DNA from: Phyllobates terribilis
Taxonomy: Eukaryota
Length of the DNA: 64,000 nt
Assembly (NCBI RefSeq): GCF_046119375.1
Contig: NW_027362764.1
Span: 480,190,001 to 480,254,000 of the forward strand
Direction: 5' to 3'
A program made the position numbers and the translations under genes. Numbering within the stretch: the first letter of the stretch is position 1; each line of letters opens with the position of its first letter. This document shows, piece by piece, positions 59,949 to 64,000 of the stretch. Under the pieces are notes generated by a model. That model was not told the DNA's origin and searched no databases. It saw nothing but the letters and a program-made list of their open reading frames with translations.

Positions 59949-62900
59949 TGTTACGGTGCCGGGTGGTGGAACCGGAGGGGCGTAACTAGGGGCCTCACAC
60001 AGACCGACCTTGGCTATACGGCGGCTTAGTCGACTCCGTGAACCAAGGAAGGACTGGCTAGGTGGACCAGGTGCTACTCCAAGACTGTCCTTGTGAGAAC
60101 AGGTGACTCCCACAGAATTGGTGACAGGCGCCGACTGGTACGGCAGATAGGCACATTTGGAAGGCAGTCACGGCTGGTAGACAGGCAGGCGGACACGGCT
60201 GGAAGTCAGGCTGATGGGCACGGCTTGATGGACAGGCTGGCGGGCACGCTGATAGTACAAGGACCTGAGGGCTGGAGAGCGTGTTTAGGAAACAAACTAC
60301 TACATTGCACAGGCACCTCCATTTTGGAGGAGGTGCCTTAACTAGCAGATGTCCTCCGACCATTGGCCGGGGACATTTTAGGACAGCGCGCGCGGCCCCT
60401 TTAAGGAGCAGGGAGCGCGCGCGCCCTAAGCACAGTTCCCGGGGATCTGCACGCAGTATGCGTACCCCGGGCAAGCACAGCATGGGAGCTAGGAGGAGCA
60501 GTGGACAATGCACCGGAGCTGCGGCGATAAGGGGATCAGCGTCTCTGCCGACCAGGAGGCAGAGACGCCGACACTATAGTACCCCACCTTCACGTCCCCT
60601 CTTCTTCAAGCCCGCAAGAAATTTTTCCAGAAGAAGAGGAGCATGAATGTTCTCCCTGGGCTCCCATGACCTCTCCTCAGGACCAAACCCTTTCCAATCC
60701 ACAGGAAAGTGTTTCCTCTTACCCTCTTGGCAGCCTGAATGTTCTCTACCTCAAAAACGTCCTCAGCAGAGACTGGAGCTGGAGTGGTACCTGAGAAAGA
60801 ATTGAGGACGACAGGCTTGAGGAGAGACACATGAAAGGAATTGGGGATCCGTAATGAGGCAGGGAGTTTCAACTTGTAAGCCACTTTATTTATTTGACTC
60901 AGGACCTCGAAAGGACCGAGGAACCACGGGCCCAACTTGTATGATGGAATCTTGAGACGAACATACTTGAAGGATAACCAGACCTTGTTCCCCAGATGAA
61001 ATAGAGGCGGGTCCAGACATCTCTTGTCGGCATGTCTCTTCATCCGCTCAGAGGACTGCAGCAGCACAGACTTAGCGTCCTCCCAAATCTCAGAAAAGTC
61101 TTTGACGAGAGACTCCACAGCAGGATTGTCAACAGAAGTGGAAACAGGAAACGGGATATTGGGATGTTGTCCATACACCAAAAAAAATGGAGACTTGGCT
61201 GAGGATTCCCTCACATGATTATTGTAGGAGAATACGGCCCAAGGCAGAAGTTCCACCCAGTCATTATGGTGAGAGTTGACGAAGTTCTGGAGGAAGCTAG
61301 TGAGGATCTGATTGATACGCTCAACCTGGCCATTGGAATGAGAACGATAGGCCAATGAGAAATCCAACGCGACATTCAGAAGCTTGCTCGTGGCTCTCCA
61401 GAAGCGAGAAGTAAACTGAAGTTCTCTATCCAAGATTATATGAAGAGCTAGGCCATGGGAACGGAAGATGTAAAGGATGAAGTCTTTAGCCAGCACTGGC
61501 GCAGAGGGAAGACCCGGCAAGGGAATGAAGTGGGCCATCTTGGAGAAGCAATCAGCGACCGCCCAAATGACAGTACAACCAGCCAATACAGGAAGATCTG
61601 TGATGAAAGCCATCGCAATATGTTGCCACGAAGCAGAAGGCACAAGTAGAGGAAGAAGTCGACCTCTTGGAAGTTGCTTAGGTGTCTTGTTATGGGCACA
61701 GGAAGAGCAAGCAGAGACAAAAGCCACAACATCCTGGCACAGGGACGGCCACCAATAATGTCGGGAAATTAGCAGCAGTATCTTCCTCTGACCGGCATGA
61801 CCTGCCAGTTTAGACAAATGACCCCAGAGTAGGACCTTCTTCATATCTGGAGCCACACAAGTCAAACGGAGCGACAGTAAGTATTCTGAAGGGCTCAATG
61901 ATGTGTTGAGACTCATCCTCTTGGTCGGTAGACAGAAATGATGGGGAGAGCTCATCTGCCTTGATATTTTTATCTGTCGGATGGACATGGAGAGTGAAAT
62001 TGAAACGGGCAAAGAACAGAAACCACCTGGCCTGACGAGGATTGAGTCGTTGAGTGGACTGCAAGTAGGCGAGATTCTTATGGTTCGTGTAGATGACCAG
62101 AGCCCCTTCTAGTAAGAACCGCCACTCCTCTAGCACCAGTTTGATGGCAAGCAATTCCTGATCTCCAATGGAGTAATTACGCTCCAAAGGTGAGAAGAGT
62201 TTGGAAAAGAAGCCGCTGGTCACCATTCGCCCGGATGAGGATTTCTGGGTGAGAACTGCTTCGGCCCCTGAGGAGGAGGCATCATCCTCCAGGAAGAACT
62301 GCTTATTACAGTCAAGACGTTGTAGCACTGGAGCAGAAGAGAAAGCTTGTTTCAAGGACACGAAGGCACTCTCTGCCTCTGGAGTCCATTCCCTGGGATT
62401 AACCCCTTTGCTGGTCAGGGCAGAGATGGGAGCAGTCCAGGAGGAAAAATGAGGAATGAACAAGCGGTAATAATTAGCAAATCCCAGAAAGCGCTGAATA
62501 GCCTTCAGCCCCTCAGGTCAGGGCCACTTTAGAACGGTAGACACTTTCTCAGGATCCATCTTTAGACTAGTCTCTGAAATTATGTATCCCAGGAATGGAA
62601 GAGAAGTCTGCTCAAATACGCAATTCTCGAATATGGCATACAGACGATTCTTCCTGAGCCTCTGCATTACCTGTCAAACGCCTCTTCGTTGTGAGGGCAG
62701 ATCAGAAGAGAACACCAGGATATCGTGTCTAGGTACACTACCACGCATGAGTATAGAAGATCTCGGAAGATGTAATTTACCAGCTCTTGAAAGATTGCAG
62801 GTGCATTGCAGAGTCTGAAGAGCATCACGTGGCATGTGGTACTCGTAGTGGCCATGCCGAGTGTTGAATGCTGTCTTCCACTCATCACCCTGGCGAATCA

Positions 62901-64000
62901 GGATCAGATTGTATGCGCCATGGAGATCAAGCTTGGTGAATATCTTTGAGCCTTTTAGGCGATCAAACATCTCGTAGATGAGAGGCAGAGGATACTTGTT
63001 TTTGATTAATTTAATTTGATTTAGACCCCTATAGTCAATACAAGGGCGAAGAGAGCCGTCCTTCTTCTTGATGAAGAAGAATCCTGCTCCAGCCGGAGAG
63101 GTGGATTTCTGGATAAATCCCCTAGCAAGATTCTCTTCAATGTACTCAGACATGGCACGGGTCTCGGCCAACAACAGTGGGTAGATTCGACCACAGGGAG
63201 GCGAGGCATCAGGAGCGAGGTCAATGGGACAGTCATACGGCCTATGAGGAGGTTGAGTCTCAGCCTCCTTGTCAAAGACACCACCGTAAGACCAGTAGGG
63301 TGCCGGCAAGTCAGGTAGATTAGCAGGAGTGGATGGAGGCGGGCAGAATGAAGAAGAACCAAGCAGGTCTTGTGACATTCCTGACCCCAGCAGAGCACTT
63401 CTTCCAAACTCCAATTTAAGACTTGTGTCTCCGAAGCCAAGGCAGTCCTAGCAGCAAAGGATGAGAGAGGCCGGACAATACTCACAAGGAGATTTCCTCC
63501 GAATGTAGCTTACCAGTCTGGAGAACTACGAACTTGGTGACAGACAAGATGAACTCGGAAAGGGACCTCCCATCTACAGAGGAGACTGCCAACAGATCCG
63601 GAAGATGTTGGCTAGGGATCTGATACTTCTCCACAATGGCTTGTTGGATGAGGTTTCCAGCAGCACCGGAGTCCAAATAAGCAGTCTCGAAAAAATGGAC
63701 GTTGCCACAGGAAACTGATACAGACAGAGATGGAGAGGAAGAATTCTTGCCCAGGACGGCCTCTCTCAGTTTCCCAGTCTCTCTGGACAGCAGCAGATCA
63801 CATGCTCCGAACTGCCAGAATAAAAGCATCTTCCCTCAGAGCGGCAGACCTCCTGGAGAGACTTGACCACCTTCACTTGATCCACCTGCATAGGTTCTAG
63901 GATAGATGCCAAGGCTGGGGCAGAGGTTTGTTGTGAAAGCGGCCTTTGGAAGGTAGGAGCAAGACGTAGAGGTCTCTTCTCACGGATCACCTCCTTAGAA
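59949..64000 (-). mobile_element. Second sushi-type chromoviral Gypsy (element C), degenerate, runs off the window
   Basis: 3' LTR 59949-60578 resembles element A LTR ends; PPT at ~60579-60600; frameshifted PR (LDSGAAGN), RT, RH, IN and chromodomain; gag end with GGGAAAC at 63769-63775. Confidence 0.92.

Noticed and set aside
14700-64000. Exons of a neighbouring host gene (e.g. F13A1, adjacent to NRN1 in mammals)
   Set aside because: No recognisable transglutaminase or other host coding exon was found; all long ORFs are TE-derived.

Overview
Vertebrate genomic DNA, most likely a frog (inferred from the TE repertoire and the neuritin sequence). The only host gene is nrn1 (neuritin/CPG15) on the minus strand: three coding exons (13657-13711, 9339-9483, 6836-7064) give a 142-aa precursor, with a 3' UTR ending near 5890 and a promoter near 13.9-14.0 kb that lies next to a 45-bp VNTR. 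Most of the rest is mobile DNA. There are three Tc1-family elements with different catalytic spacings (DD38E, DD34E, DD37E) and two sushi-type chromoviral Gypsy elements, one showing a Tf1-like self-priming signature. A second Gypsy family is inserted in an L2 LINE. Two large BED-finger hAT elements (8.3 and 10.1 kb) are nested inside the Gypsy elements, and one carries captured fragments of 18S rRNA, L1, an LTR and Tc1. MITEs and two N gaps are also present. The most interesting object is a non-coding 429-bp x ~5.7 head-to-tail array (35583-38025) flanked by a 13-14-bp target-site duplication. Each unit carries, on the minus strand, an 84-nt sequence that folds by eye into an HDV/CPEB3-type nested double-pseudoknot ribozyme. 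This is a candidate HDV-ribozyme 'retrozyme' (a circular-RNA-derived non-autonomous retroelement). All assignments come from manual reading and recalled family motifs; no database searches or folding programs were run.
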